DNA from: Paraspadella gotoi
Lineage: Eukaryota; Animalia; Chaetognatha
DNA: 64,000 bases
NCBI GenBank assembly: GCA_051294375.1
Contig: CM119269.1
Coordinates: forward strand, 16,949,030 to 17,013,029
Direction of reading: 5' to 3'
Shown here: in pieces, positions 9,409 through 43,142 of the stretch
Layout of the letters: each line of letters opens with the position of its first letter
Numbering within the stretch: the stretch's first letter is position 1
Translations under genes and position numbers: made by a program
The notes under the pieces: model-generated
The model's input: only the letters and a program-made list of their open reading frames with translations
The model's database searches: none
Told to the model about the DNA's origin: nothing

Positions 9409-12400
9409 ACAACTGAAAAAGTCATGCTTATAGGCGGGGTGAACCTAGGCAATGCCCGACTACAGTATTTTATTCCGTTTTTCAACTCATAGTTAAATTA
9501 TTTCTTTTTTAATTATTTGTATGAGCTGAGCGCTTCAAAAACTGCTGTCTTCCTTTGAGCAGCAAAGATACTACTTTTTCAATCTCTGAGAGAGAGAGAG
9601 AGAGACGGAGATTGAAGGAGAGACGAGAGAGACGATTTTGAGAGAGAACCAACCATGGATGGAAAAATTTTGGAAAAATTGAAAGAAAGAAAGAAAGAAA
9701 AGAAAGAAAGATAAAATACAATACGAAAGAAAAGAAAGAAAGAAAAGAAAGAAAGCTGAGAAGACAGAGAGAGAAGAGAGAGAGGAGAGAGATGACGAGA
9801 TGAGAGATATGATGAGAGAGAGAGAGAGACGAGAGAGAATTGAAAACAGTAGTATCTTTGCTGCCTCAAAGAAGACAGCAGGTTTTTTGAAGCGCTCAGC
9901 CAACAAATAATTAAAAAAAGATAATAATTTAACTCATGAGTGAAAAACGGAATAAAATGATCTGTGAGTCGGGGCATTGCCTTAGCGTTCACCCCGCCTT
10001 CATAAGCATTGACTTTTTCAGTTGTGACCCGGTGTGGCTCATTGAGTATTAAAGCCATCAGCTCGATGACCCACTAAGGTTACCGGGTTCTATCCCAACC
10101 CGGGTACCTACCCTTTGGGAGAGTGAGACGCCGTAAGCTGCCTTGGGGGTGTGGCGGAATCCCTCAATGCCTGGTTTCCAAGCCCAGGACCGTTCCATAC
10201 CTCACTAAAGGGGGGTTAGTAGAAGTTACGGATAGTCATTCTTCTGCCCACTTAGCGCCATATCCACTAGGTGAGCCCAATCCCTTTTGAAGCCTATTGC
10301 CAACCTTTCTGATTCCAAGGCCCAATGGACGGAGACTCCGAAATTGCTACCCCCCTCGCCTACCTCCACTGGATAAGCAGTGCAGGGTGGGTTACAATCT
10401 GCCGGGCGCGGCAGTACGGGCACTTGCGCCCTAGGTTCACCCCGCCTATAGAGCATGATTTTCAGTTGTGATCCGGTGGTCCACTACATTGAGGGCGGGA
10501 TTCGTGGGAGCGCAAGCCAAGACATTCGAAACTTTCTTTGTTATCACATTATTCAGAAGCTAAGACCTGATATCGCGTCGTACTCGCTATCCACATCGGA
10601 AATCGACACCGCTGCAGCAGCGGACTATACTCACCTCTCACGTGCAACAGCCATTCATCTCCTCGACGTATCGCGACCACTAAGAGTCGTGCCCAACACA
10701 CAAGCAGGCGATTCCAATCATGTGTGCCTCAACCCCCAGAAAGAAGGAATAGCCCACTAAGTTTCGGGAAAAATTCGCGCATGCGATGAGGGATAGGAAT
10801 CCAACCCGAAAAACGCTCGTGCGCGGCGTGCGTGCGCGTGCTGCGTCTCGTCTCTCTCATGTATAAGAATTTAATCCCTGCCCCACTTGCGCCATCCTCG
10901 CCTTCAGGCGCGCAGAAGGAGACACTGCAAAGGATCCGAGCACGAAGTTTTCCCGCGAGCGCGGAATTCAAACTTCGTGTATAGACACTGTTAGTGAAAT
11001 CCCCTCCAACCGCTGTTTAGATTCAACGCGCACCGGAACTACGCCCCAGCAAAAATTACTTGGGTTACAAGTAGAGGGAACGAAAACCGGAGGACTCTCT
11101 GTCTGTCTGCCCTTTGTTTGGTCATTTCTTTCTGTCCATTCTTGTCTGGAAGTTTCGGTCGCCTCCATATTTTTTGGGATTCGTCCGATTTCCCGGCCAT
11201 CTGCGTGTTTATATCAGTTGATTATTGTCTCCGACTTGATATTAAGTTATTTGCGTGTAAGATATTTTTTTATTTGATTTCCTGGATTGTTATTTCGTCT
11301 TTTCCTTTGCACATAGCATGCAAGCGAATGAACCGTGTCGGAATCAGAATATTCTTTCTCGTAATTTCTCTGGGTCTTTCTTTCACTTCTTCTCGTTTTC
11401 ATCTCTGTTCTTCTGTCGCGCTCTATCATCGCATGTCATCTCTTTTCTGTCTTCTCTCTCTGTCTTCTCTCTCGTCGCGTCTCAGTCTGCTGCTATCCGC
11501 TCTCGTCGATCGTCGCGTGTCTGCTGCTCTCCATCTCAGGGTCTTCTCTCTCTCTCCTCTCTCTTTCTCTCAGCTCCTTCTCCAAATTCCTCCTCTCGGC
11601 TTCTCCCGTAATATAACGATTTGAAGTTCCTCCGGTCCATTACCGCTTCCAGCAGCTTCATTGTCCTCCCTCTTCCTCCTCCTCCTCCTCCTTCATCCCA
11701 ACGGCAACCTACCATTCCAGTGGTCGGGCTGTACTCGGCGGCGCGCGTGGCAGCGTGCTTCCGTTTGACAGACGCGATCAACCGGAAGTTGGGAGAGTAT
11801 ACGCTCCAAGCATCGGAGAAGGACCGTGGCAAGAAGGGCTCGTGGATTTGATGGTGGAGAAGGGTTGAGGGTGGGGCTGGGTGGATGACATNNNNNNNNN
11901 NNNNNNNNNNNNNNNNTCTCTCTCTTTCTCTCTTTCTCTCTTTCTCTTTCTCTCTCAATCTCTCTCTTTATCTCTCTCTTTCATGGAAAGAAGCGTTTTG
12001 TGCTTGGAATATTGAAATTAAAGATTTGAATTCTCACGAACTCGAGTCACGCAAAAGGAAAAAGGAGGAAGAGTAAAAAGTGAAGGCGTCGACTTGTGAT
12101 TTGCTGACTGGTGAACGTGGGCGTGACAAAAATCATTTCCGGTGAATTCCTCGCCAAAAAAAACCAATACCGAACGCGGGCTGAAGATTGCTTATTTCTT
12201 TTCTTTTTTTTTTTTTGCTCCCTTACTTGCCTTCTTCATAAAATAGTTCATATGTTTTTCAGTACTTTCTTTTAATTCTCTTTTGTTCTTTCTTTCTTTC
12301 TTTCTTACTTTAGTTCCTAATTCAATTCCTTCCTTTTTATATTTTCTCCACATTCTCTTCCTCATCATTCTTGGCCATGAAGGCGTAGTAAGAACGAGTC

Positions 12401-13232
12401 GGCTTTCCATGACAAAAAGTTATCGGAATGAATAATGTAAATTTATGTCATAAAGTTGAATACCGTATATTGAAAAATCTAGAAAGAGAGAGAGAGAGAG
12501 AGAGANNNNNNNNNNNNNNNNNNNNNNNNNNNNNNNNNNNNNNNNNNNNNNNNNNNNNNNNNNNNNNNNNNNNNNNNNNNNNNNNNNNNNNNNNNGAGAG
12601 AGAGAGAGAGAGAGAGATAAAGTTTTGTTTACCTCCTGTATTCGGGAAAAGTGTTTGTTTCGTCACCACAGATTCTCTTGCATTGAGATTTTTCGTCCTC
12701 TTCCATTTGCGCGCCAATTCCCATTCCGCCATCTTTGATTTCGCCATTTTGATTTTCTCCATTTATTCCCGCGACGGGGACTGACCTCTGACCGAATGCG
12801 AGTCCGAACTGGGAAAAACAAAAGGGAAAAACTTATCGTGTAAAAAATACTGTTAAGACTTCATAAAACTAAGACTGTTTGTACTTATTTTTAAAAGTTT
12901 AGACATTAAAGGTGAACATCCTAAACATATGAATTTTGTTAACCACTTTTTATTTTTTTTTGGAAATCCTTCACGATTTAAATGTTTATTTTAAAATAAC
13001 TATTTTTCGTTTTATTTATTTAATATGTTTTTTATTTCCTCTTTTTTCCATCTGGAACCGAGAGTAAAGGTTAGATTTCTAATTCGAGTTGCCATTTAAA
13101 TTTTTGACGCCGATATCTTTGTTTTCTTCGAAAATGTTTACCGCGATGGTTTTATTCAAATAATATTTTAATTTAATATCAATAATATCATTCAAGTCAC
13201 GAGAAATATTTTCCGATGGGTCGTCGATGTAT

Positions 13233-13323
<91 letters not shown>

Positions 13324-13399
13324 TCGAATAAGCCATTAGGCACTCGATTTAGAGCTGAGTGTTGTTACTTCTTAAAGAAAGATTCTTTCTTTCTCTCAC

Positions 13400-13490
13400 A
13401 ACCGAGATTGGCATTCCGGGGCGTCTTTCGCCTCAGCCCTCAGGGTTATCACGAAGCTCCGTAAATCTTGGCATCAAATCATTATGCCAT
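13400..13490 (-). CDS. Candidate ADAMTS-like Cys-rich-domain exon (5' part frameshifted)
   Basis: Reads ..DL.CQDLRSFVITLRAEAKDAPECQSR|GTGAGA, resembling C.L.C.....F.......V.DGT.C, and lies upstream of the spacer exons as expected. Confidence 0.45.
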
Positions 13491-14594
13491 CTCATCAATG
13501 ATTGCAATTGAAATTGAAATTGAAAGGAGCATCGATCTCATCATCCGGATGCAATTCTTACGATTCCCACTTTGCCAGCTCCTGATCTAATCATCTTATC
13601 ATTTCATCATTTTATCTCATTTCTCCTAAAAGCTTCTCACATTTTTCGCTCTTCTACCTTTTGCGATTGTGACCACAAAGCCCTCCAACGCCCACGCAAC
13701 GACAACAACAACTCAAAATAAAAAAAATCTTTCATTTCTTAGGAGAAAAATCCATTACATCGGAGAATGAAAGAAGCTTCTTCCCCATTCGCTTTTTCTT
13801 TCGCTCTTTCTCTTTCACTCTTTCGCTCTCAACTTTCTACCTTTTCAATTTATTCGCCGCAGAGAGAGAAAGAGTGACTCGAGAAGCGAGACGACCCTCG
13901 CCGTTCCTCCCCACAACCGCTTCTGTTCTCCCCCCCCCTTTGCAAAAAAGACACTCGCAGGTGGATCTGGCGGAAGCGACGAGGAAACCGAAAGGCGAAA
14001 TCCGAATCGAAACTCGGCCAAGGATGAACATCTTTTTGGGGGGGGGGCGGACTCTTTTATTTACAGACGACGAAGTCTCTCGGGGGTTGAGAGGTCGGGC
14101 TTTTGTCTCACGGACGATGTCAGATTAAATGCTATTGTTTTTCGGTCAGTCAGTTTGTCGGGTTGTGTAGCCTTGGCTTTTTAATTTGTTCCGGTTTTTA
14201 TCCCTAGAACAATCTTTTCATGTCAGTTTTTCTGAATTTATACAATATTAAGCTATCGAATTGCTTTTATCACTAGCTTACTTCATTATTTTTAAGNNNN
14301 NNNNNNTATTAAATTAATGAATCATTTTTTAAACTAATTTTAACACTTCATCGTCGAAATTGCTGAAATTAAAGAGTGGAAAGGAAAGGAAAGGAATGAG
14401 TCGTCACCATTTTAAGGTGAAAGGAGCCCAAAGTTCCCCTTTCGCTCAATATTTCATGGTGCTCAATTTTTCAGTCATGGTGCGACTCTATCGAGGTCAT
14501 AAGTGGGAGGGGTCAGGTGGAATCCAGCTTTGAATTTAATAACAGGTGCCGAGGTCGCTAATCGAGAGCGGTTTCCTTTGAAAGCATGAAGCCG

Positions 14595-14641
14595 CGGGCG
14601 CCGCTTCTGCCGCCGACGCCTCGGGCGCCGCTTCTGCCGCC
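14595..14641. repeat. GC-rich 27-bp tandem repeat running into a ~600-N gap
   Basis: cgggcgccgcttctgccgccgacgcct repeats once before the gap. Confidence 0.6.
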
Positions 14642-15442
14642 NNNNNNNNNNNNNNNNNNNNNNNNNNNNNNNNNNNNNNNNNNNNNNNNNNNNNNNNNNN
14701 NNNNNNNNNNNNNNNNNNNNNNNNNNNNNNNNNNNNNNNNNNNNNNNNNNNNNNNNNNNNNNNNNNNNNNNNNNNNNNNNNNNNNNNNNNNNNNNNNNNN
14801 NNNNNNNNNNNNNNNNNNNNNNNNNNNNNNNNNNNNNNNNNNNNNNNNNNNNNNNNNNNNNNNNNNNNNNNNNNNNNNNNNNNNNNNNNNNNNNNNNNNN
14901 NNNNNNNNNNNNNNNNNNNNNNNNNNNNNNNNNNNNNNNNNNNNNNNNNNNNNNNNNNNNNNNNNNNNNNNNNNNNNNNNNNNNNNNNNNNNNNNNNNNN
15001 NNNNNNNNNNNNNNNNNNNNNNNNNNNNNNNNNNNNNNNNNNNNNNNNNNNNNNNNNNNNNNNNNNNNNNNNNNNNNNNNNNNNNNNNNNNNNNNNNNNN
15101 NNNNNNNNNNNNNNNNNNNNNNNNNNNNNNNNNNNNNNNNNNNNNNNNNNNNNNNNNNNNNNNNNNNNNNNNNNNNNNNNNNNNNNNNNNNNNNNNNNNN
15201 NNNNNNNNNNNNNNNNNNNNNNNNNNNNNNNNNNNNNCAGTGTTTTGCCTTTTAATCACGTCAGCTTGAATTTCTCTCTCGCTCGTTTACTTTGGCTAAT
15301 GAAGATTTTCTCGATAATCCGTAGANNNNNNNNNNNNNNNNNNNNNNNNNNNNNNNNNNNNNNNNNNNNNNNNNNNNNNNNNNNNNNNNNNNNNNNNNNN
15401 NNNNNNNNNNNNNNNNNNNNNNNNNNNNNNNNNNNNNNNNNN

Positions 15443-15578
15443 GGTAATACTGTTTTTCTTTTTCCATCCTCTCTTGGTAATACTTTTTTCCATCTCTCTG
15501 TGTAATACTGTGTTCTTCCATCTCTTTGCGTACATTTACTGTTTTCCTTTTTCCATCTCTCTTGGTAATACTGTTTTT
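15443..15578. repeat. ~30-bp minisatellite (GGTAATACTGTTTT..TTCCATCTCTCTT)
   Basis: About five degenerate units next to a gap. Confidence 0.7.
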
Positions 15579-16317
15579 TTTTAATGTTTTTTTCCTTTTT
15601 TTATCTTTTTTTTTCTACCAGTCGTTCGAGAGAAAAAAAAGCCTCTGTTTTTCTTTCTTTTTCGCAGAATAAATGTTGTTTTGTATCGTTTAGTTTTTAT
15701 TTATTATTGTTAATCGTTCAAGATAAACTGGGCGCCGTCTTTGTCGTCGTTGAGAGAAGCTTTTTAGATACGGTGAATGTCGGGTGTATCGATCGTGGAA
15801 TTAAAAACCGAAAATCGAAATTAATTATTCAAGTTTGATACTTTTCGTACTTTCATACTTTATCGGTGGAATGTTCGTCTTTAATTAAAGTTTAAATCAT
15901 CTCTCGGAAAAAAAAAACGGGGAAAAAAATGTAAAAACATCGTGTTATCTATTCGTTTGTTTTGTTATTTTTTTTTCTTCTTTTTAGTGCAACCCCATAA
16001 CTCCATATATACATCATGACCGTAAAAGAATTAACGAAAACTTTTAATCGATAATCGTTAAATTCATCGTCGCAATAACCGTCGCTCGCTGTATCGTCAA
16101 GTTTTTCTTTCCTACCCCCCCCCCCCTCGGTTTCGGGGGGGCCCTTCCTCCTTGTTACAACGCCGGCTATACTTAAATTGGAATCAGAGCACCGATTTAA
16201 GACATTTTTTAACATTTTTTTTTCTTTTCGAATAACAAATTCATCCATCGTTTTTGATTTTTGGCATCTCATGCTTTAAACTTTAAACGTGACGGGGAGA
16301 AGAGGATCGAGAGAGAA

Positions 16318-16373
<56 letters not shown>

Positions 16374-19300
16374 AATGTTGAAAGCCTTCTCACTCGAGCG
16401 TGAAATGCGTCGAGACCGAATGTTCAAGCAATCGTGAAAATTTAATGTCTGATGAGTTTTATTATTACTATTATTATTATTACGTTTTAAAAATAACGTG
16501 AATCGATGGGAAAGCCACCCAAGGCGACGACGACGACAAGGATAACGACGACAACGATGGGAGTGGCCGCCTCCGCTGGAGGGCGTTGTCAAAGTCTAAA
16601 TTTTGAACGCGTCAGGCGTTGGAAGCGCGTCTAGATTTTTTAATTTTTTTAATTACATTGTAAATTGACGTTTCAAGTATTAAATAATTTTTTTTAAAGA
16701 TAAGTAAAACAAAATTTTATGAATGTTTTAACGAATACGCTTAAATCATCAAATATTTTATGTATTTCTTGCTTTCTTGACTCTTTTATGATGCATTCAT
16801 AAATATTATATGATTAATTCAGTTATCTGACAAAAGTAAGTTTTAATAGAAATTGGTCCATAACAATAACACACCCGAAACTTACCTGCTTACTTGGAAT
16901 TTTTCGACAAAAATGCAATGTAAACCTTGCCAGAAGCATTTTTTTACTACAAATAAGTATAATCATAAATATTTTTATCTGGAATGTTTTAGAATGAGAT
17001 CAAACTATAAGTATTGAAACATTTTTCTTCAAAACCTCGCGGATAAAACATAGCAGTTGCCTTTGCTGCTTCCAAATAAGCATTATTATTAATATTATTA
17101 TTCTTAAAAAATGAAATTTGGGCAATTTGTGGAGACGAGATTGTGTAAGATGACCAGGCTTATCTGTCTAATTCCGATATAGAGAGAAAAAAAAAAGAAA
17201 GTGGGACCAAGAAAGAGAGAAAAAAAAGAGAGAATTTACCAAGCAAATACAAGATTAATTTGAAGAGAGTTTCTATTTTCTTTCCGTCGGTGATTGCCGA
17301 AGGTCGTCCGTTAATTTCCACTTCTCATTCATCTCCATGAAAGAATTTAATAAATTTAAGTGCAAAAGGGAATTCTTTAACTTTTTTCAATCCGGGTTCC
17401 GAGTTTGTACAGAAAGAAATTGGAAACCGGCTTTTCGGCGCTAGAGTTTCTCTTTTCCTATCTCAGTCGTTGCTTTTAAAAATTAAGAAGGTTATCGCTA
17501 TCATAAGAAAATCTTTCTTCGCTTTTCAATTAGGCTAAATCAACAACTCAACCTTACTTGAATCGGCACAAACGCGACTCTTTTTTAACTAGATTATTTA
17601 TTGAGTCTCAAATCGAAAATTGTATCGAATTTTTTTTTTCCCTTTCATATATATTCTCTCCCTGACGCTTTCTGTCGTCACTTTTTTTCCCTCCGCATAT
17701 TTTCACGGGTTTTTGAAACGCAGACAAAAATTACTATTGAATTTCTTTCATCACTTATTTAACAAAAAAAAAAGGCAGGGAGGACAACGAATGAGAAGGT
17801 AGAGAGAGAGAGAGAGAAGAGAGAAAGAGGAAGAATGAGATTTGTACTGTTATAGAGAGATGAGATTAGAGAGTAGTATGACGCAGCTACGCTAGATGTA
17901 AGTTATGATTGTAGTTTATCCGATGCAGAGAGTTAGAGACAGAGATCTAGTCAGATCTTGTTTCCGCACTAGTACATGATTGATGCAGATCATATATACA
18001 TCACCATTCATGGAGTTCTCACACTTATCAGACTCACCATATGTACAACACAGTCGATCCAATCGAACACAGACAGACAGACATCATGTTGCATATCGCA
18101 ACAAGCGAGATCTTGGTCTAGGAAGGTGAGCCTGCGAGAGATATCATTGCAGATTATCGCAGGTCGATGCGCCTACTGACGACAGAGCATGTAAATCCTG
18201 GAGTACTGCCACGTCATTTTCGTCGGTACCGCATATCAATCAGTTTATGATCTATGATCTCCTGCGCCTTCACCCTACTAGAGGGATCTCGTGTTTTCCT
18301 GTACCCCGTTCCTTCCACTGTCGTAACCCGCCATAGTGGGCTTGGCTCTCTAGACCATTGTCAGCCCTACCCCATTCCCACCCTAGACCGCCCCGCTTCC
18401 TTCCTATCGCGGTGCTGAGCTCGGACCAGGGATTCTTGTTCATGGGCTCGGGAGATTCGGGACATCTACGACTTGCCAGCGCGATTTTCGTGACATTTAC
18501 AAACCTTAAAAGTCATTATTTACGTTGTTCTTCGTTCTTCTTCTTCTTCGCAGGCAGAGTCGACTGTCACTTTATTGTTTTCAATGAATTNNNNNNNNNN
18601 NNNNNNNNNNNNNNNAAAGAGAGTCAGAGAGAGACAGATAAGAGCTAAATGAGAAAAAGGAAACAAAGATAAAATTCGGGAAACAGAGAAGAAAAAAAAA
18701 NNNNNNNNNNNNNNNNNNNNNNNNNNNNNNNNNNNNNNNNNNNNNNNNNNNNNNNNNNNNNNNNNNNNNNNNNNNNNNNNNNNNNNNNNNNNNNNNNNNN
18801 NNNNNNNNNNNNNNNNNNNNNNNNNNNNNNNNNNNNNNNNNNNNNNNNNNNNNNNNNNNNNNNNNNNNNNNNNNNNNNNNNNNNNNNNNNNNNNNNNNNN
18901 NNNNNNNNNNNNNNNNNNNNNNNNNNNNNNNNNNNNNNNNNNNNNNNNNNNNNNNNNNNNNNNNNNNNNNNNNNNNNNNNNNNNNNNNNNNNNNNNNNNN
19001 NNNNNNNNNNNNNNNNNNNNNNNNNNNNNNNNNNNAAAAAGAATCGGGACTGGTGTCGAATTTCAAAGGAGTTTCGGTCATTCGCCGACGGAAACGAAAT
19101 TTTTTTGTATCTAATTGAGAAGACGATTCCTTTTCATTTGTTCTTTTTTTTTTTTGCTCTTTTTTAAAATTTGGTTCATTCTTTGTTTATTTTCATTCTG
19201 TTTATATTCTTCTTCACTCTTTGTTCTTTTTTTTTCCCCTTTCCTTTGTTTAATTCTATTTTCTTTTCTTTTTTCTTTCCCTTTTTTATCTTTCTCCCTC

Positions 19301-19976
19301 TGTCGATATCGAGATGGTGTTTTAATAATTTCTTCTTCGACGTCAATCTCGACAAGGAATCGCTATCAATCTCAGCCTATCCACCTTGTTCATTATCTAC
19401 GCTACCCAGTGAAAATGGATATTCTCCACTCTTATCTCACGCCTCCCCATTCACCGCCCCCCCCCTTCACCGCCGCCAAAAATAACATCCGTGAGTCCGT
19501 ATCCGAATCCTCAACTCATTTCCGCCTCGCTCTTCATTTTCCAGCCGCGGCCCGAGAATACGGGGAATTAGAATCTCAAAAATATCAAATATTTATTTAT
19601 CTCTAATAATTGATTTATTTATCCTGAAAACGGAACTCCGATGTGGATGTGGTTTGAGATGGAGTCAAAAAAGGTTCGAGAGCATCGTGAAACACTTGAA
19701 CCTTCATCGTCGTCGCTGTCGTCGTCAACGTCGGCATCGTCGCCGTTGTCTTTGGGCTCATCCTGGTATAGTCATTTTCATTCCATCTTAGAATTAGTAT
19801 TATTAATTTAGTTTATCATAACATTCGGTATCTTCGTCGCCTTCATCAATACTCCATTTTCTTTTAACTTTCTTACCAAAGAAAAGGGTAACATTTTTTT
19901 TTACAGTTAAAATTTGCAAACTTGCTGAGTCTTTAGAATGTTACGGAAAAAAAAGGACATTATTCGGATTTTTATC

Positions 19977-20101
<125 letters not shown>

Positions 20102-20949
20102 AGAGAGTGTCGGCTAAATCTATTAAAGGCTGTTTGTTATTCTCGAAACATTGACGACACTGTTAAACATTTCGTCGATACGTTTATAGTGGAAGGGAGG
20201 GTGGGAAGGAGAGAGAGAGAGAGAGAGAGACGGACATTAAAAGTCGTTTGTCTCGTCTGCGAGTATCTAAACTGACCCAATTTCCCGTAACCCTATTTTA
20301 AGGACGCTTTATCTTATCCAGTTATTTCTCTTAAATCTCATGAGATTTTACCTGCATCTCTCTTATCTAGTACCATCGATATTCTTTATTCTCTCTCTCT
20401 CTCTCTCACCTACTCTCTCTCACTCTTTCTCTTTCTCTCTCTCATCACATAAGGCCTCATCTTGTCATTGGTTCTATCACCGGACTAAGCTCCTTCTCCA
20501 TCGCGTCCAAATATTCACTTCACCCACTCTTTTCCTCATCAATCACCGAATGCTCACGCTCTTCCTCTCACCTTTGCTCGGTGAAGAAATAAATTAGTGA
20601 GAAAACAAATCACTTAAAATCATATTTGTTTTCTCTTTATGACAGTTGATGACTTTTTCGTTTTCTCTCTCATTGATACTCTAATTAGTTTTGGGTACAA
20701 TCTTTTTAATCCCAATCTTTTTAAAACCAATTCTTTTTCACTCCCATCATTGTCACTTCTACCACTTTACTTTAACACTTCACTTTAACACTTTCACTTT
20801 TACACTTCACTTTCACATTTCACTTTCTCCGGCAAATTAACCCTCTCACTCGCTACCCTTTCGACACCCCAGTCCACCCCTACTCATCTTGGGCATAAAT
20901 CTTGTCCCTCAGGAGTGATAATGACTTGGGTCAGTTTTCTAGCTGAGGG

Positions 20950-20981
<32 letters not shown>

Positions 20982-21006
20982 NNNNNNNNNNNNNNNNNNN
21001 NNNNNN

Positions 21007-21077
21007 AGAAGAGGTTGCAGACTCGGTGACGCCGCCATTAACGTCAACCAGTAAATACACGTTTCGCCGCCCCGTAC
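21007..21077 (-). CDS. Candidate exon with the C-terminal half of a TSP1 repeat (ADAMTS-like gene; frameshifted, truncated by gap)
   Basis: ctcctcag| acceptor; one frame reads RRHRVCNL, like the R.RxCN end of TSP1. Confidence 0.3.
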
Positions 21078-21086
21078 TGAGGAGAG

Positions 21087-21128
<42 letters not shown>

Positions 21129-21256
21129 GAGAGAGAGAGAAGAGAAAGAGAGGAGATAAAAAGAGAAAAGAAAAAGAGGAGAGCAGAAAGAGAGAGAGAA
21201 GAAGAGGAGGGACAAGAGAGAGAAGAGAAGAGAGAAAGACACAGAGAGAAGACGAG

Positions 21257-41275
<20,019 letters not shown>

Positions 41276-41429
41276 AAAAGGCCGAGTTCCTGACTCAGTC
41301 GCTTTGGCAAGACGATGTGATGACGAAATGATGGACGCACTCGTGTGCAATAAAATTAGTTCGTTATCTCGTCCAGTTGTTAAAAAAATATAACTAATGT
41401 TTGCTTTGACTATCGATTATCGATCTAAT

Positions 41430-41690
41430 ACTTAAGGTCTTTTCATACAATTGAAACATTCTTTGGAATATTATACCACTTCATTGATAGGGAAGCCAGG
41501 TTAACTGGGAGTGAATAAACAAAACTGTGAGAGTCTTGATTGAAAGCTTGCAGAAACCTGCTATGTTATTATCTTGTAAGTGTGATGGACTCCTTAAACC
41601 ACAAAAGCCTGTCCAAAGTCAGGGACAAGATAGCTGTATTTATTAAATGAATGGATAATTTTTATAGTGGTTGTACCAATTTCATAAAAG
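41430..41690 (-). repeat. Dispersed repeat / transposon remnant
   Basis: ATGAAATTGGTACAACCA.TATAAAAATTATCCATTC.. is shared with ~6944-7015, ~4385-4460 and ~44604-44631. Confidence 0.55.
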
Positions 41691-43097
41691 ATTTGTTATT
41701 GGCGAAAACAAATATGTAATGACAGATTGTTATGTAAAACATTGGAATAGATTTACTGATCGAAGATAGAAGAGATTTCGCAAAAATCAAAAAATTATTA
41801 AAAATATTTTTGCGAATTTTTTTTCGTCTATAATTTCAAAATAATCAATACTGATCGCATAATCATATATTCACAATGATATTATTTTTAAGCGGAGTTA
41901 AGCGCAGTTACATTGAAAAACCATATGTTGTTTTTAGATATTATTCCCCCCTTAAAGTAATGATTAAACTTTTTAAAAAAATATTTTGAGTCAGATCAGC
42001 GCAATGATTTATTCCGTGGCGTCCAATCATCGATTGTTTCAATCAACCCCAACTTTGTGGTTTAACCTTTTGGCGCCAATCAAACCTTGTGCTCATCAAA
42101 TTTTCCCGACATCAAATTCATTATTAAAAATTCGAAAATCCTCAAACTTTCTTTAAGTGTAAATTTTATTATCGTATTAGACCTAGAGCGATGTATGTAT
42201 TACTCAAAGTCTTTATGAAAACTAATTGTTTCATGATTAAGTCCAGCACGAGGTTTGTTATTCTTTCTCTTTGCAATAAAAACTTGATGTCTTTACTTTT
42301 CTGAAAGAACTCTTAAAATCTAATGCGATTTAAAAATATTTACAATTTAAACAAACTAGTCACTCTTTGAAGATAAATATTTAACGTAGTTTAAATATCG
42401 ACACAACCAGCTTTTTGAAGGAAGTTTCTTTTTTCTTTTTCCATTTTTATTTATTTTTCTTTTTTAGTTCTGTTTTTTCATTTCTTTTTTCATTTTTTTA
42501 TTTTACTTTCAATCTTTCCTTTATTGTTTTTTTCTCGTTATTTCCTTCATAGTATTTTTTTATTATTTCTTTATAGTATCCTTCTTTCAGTCTTTCTTTT
42601 CATTCTTCTTTATTTCTTTCTATCTCTTCCTCTTTCTGCTTCCTTCTGTCAGCTCCCCCCCCCCCTTCGGAGGTTCCCTCACGTTTTGTTTTTCGAGTCT
42701 CCGGTTTCGTTGTTTTCTGTTCCCATCATGACTGACATTGTGTTCACATAATGTCATGATTCATGACAGATACTTGTCAAATTATCCACGGAGGATTCTG
42801 TTTATTTTCACGATCAAGATGATTTTTCGCCTTCGGGGTCCTCCCATAAAATTCGTTTATAAACCGATCGTCAAATTTATCTTTGATTCGTGAATCGTGA
42901 ACCGCCTCATTTGCGATAGCCACACCTTCCGTGGGAGTTCACTTTCTATAAAAAATAAACGATCCAAATATATACGTATTGTTTAAAAAACACTTTAAAT
43001 CTTTACACTCACACGACCCGATCTCTCTTTTTTAAGTTTAACGCACCTTAATTCAAGAGACTAAACTCACTCTTCACAAATCTCTCTTCAAACTTAC

Positions 43098-43142
43098 CAG
43101 GATGAAGGCGACGAAGATCCAAGGCGACGTCGTCGACGTCAT
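43098..43142 (-). CDS. Candidate first coding exon (signal-peptide start), possibly of the ADAMTS-like gene
   Basis: ATG ACG TCG ACG ACG TCG CCT TGG ATC TTC GTC GCC TTC ATC CTG|GTAAGT = MTSTTSPWIFVAFIL, with a perfect donor. Confidence 0.45.

Larger units (their letters stand above)
8986..9464 (-). mobile_element. Non-coding tRNA-derived SINE/retrozyme-like element: 404-bp unit plus 75-bp terminal redundancy
   Basis: Identical 75-bp direct repeats at 8986-9060 and 9390-9464. GC-rich island containing a tRNA-like head, a twister motif, hairpins and a T5 run. No credible ORF; no TSD seen. Confidence 0.8.
7963..11887. repeat. Large fold-back duplication (7963-9587 inverted at ~9835-11887), including noisy inverted copies of the two spacer exons and the twister element
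   Basis: The right arm is the indel-rich reverse complement of the left arm, the strand switches at a CT/AG microsatellite, and the arm ends in a 25-N gap. Confidence 0.9.

Noticed and set aside
8986-9464. TRIM/LTR element with 75-bp LTRs
   Set aside because: No TSD, PBS or PPT seen; the repeat cuts through the tRNA head, and relatives continue across the junction, so a permuted tandem unit fits better.
9965-10490. Second independent twister element
   Set aside because: It is part of the noisy inverted arm and has the same flanks, so it is the same insertion read twice.
17830-18430. Compositionally odd 'foreign-looking' stretches (also ~10565-10735, 29800-30200, 40000-40500)
   Set aside because: No ORF or structure, and the stretches inside duplications have no match in the sister copy; most likely low-quality raw-read sequence.
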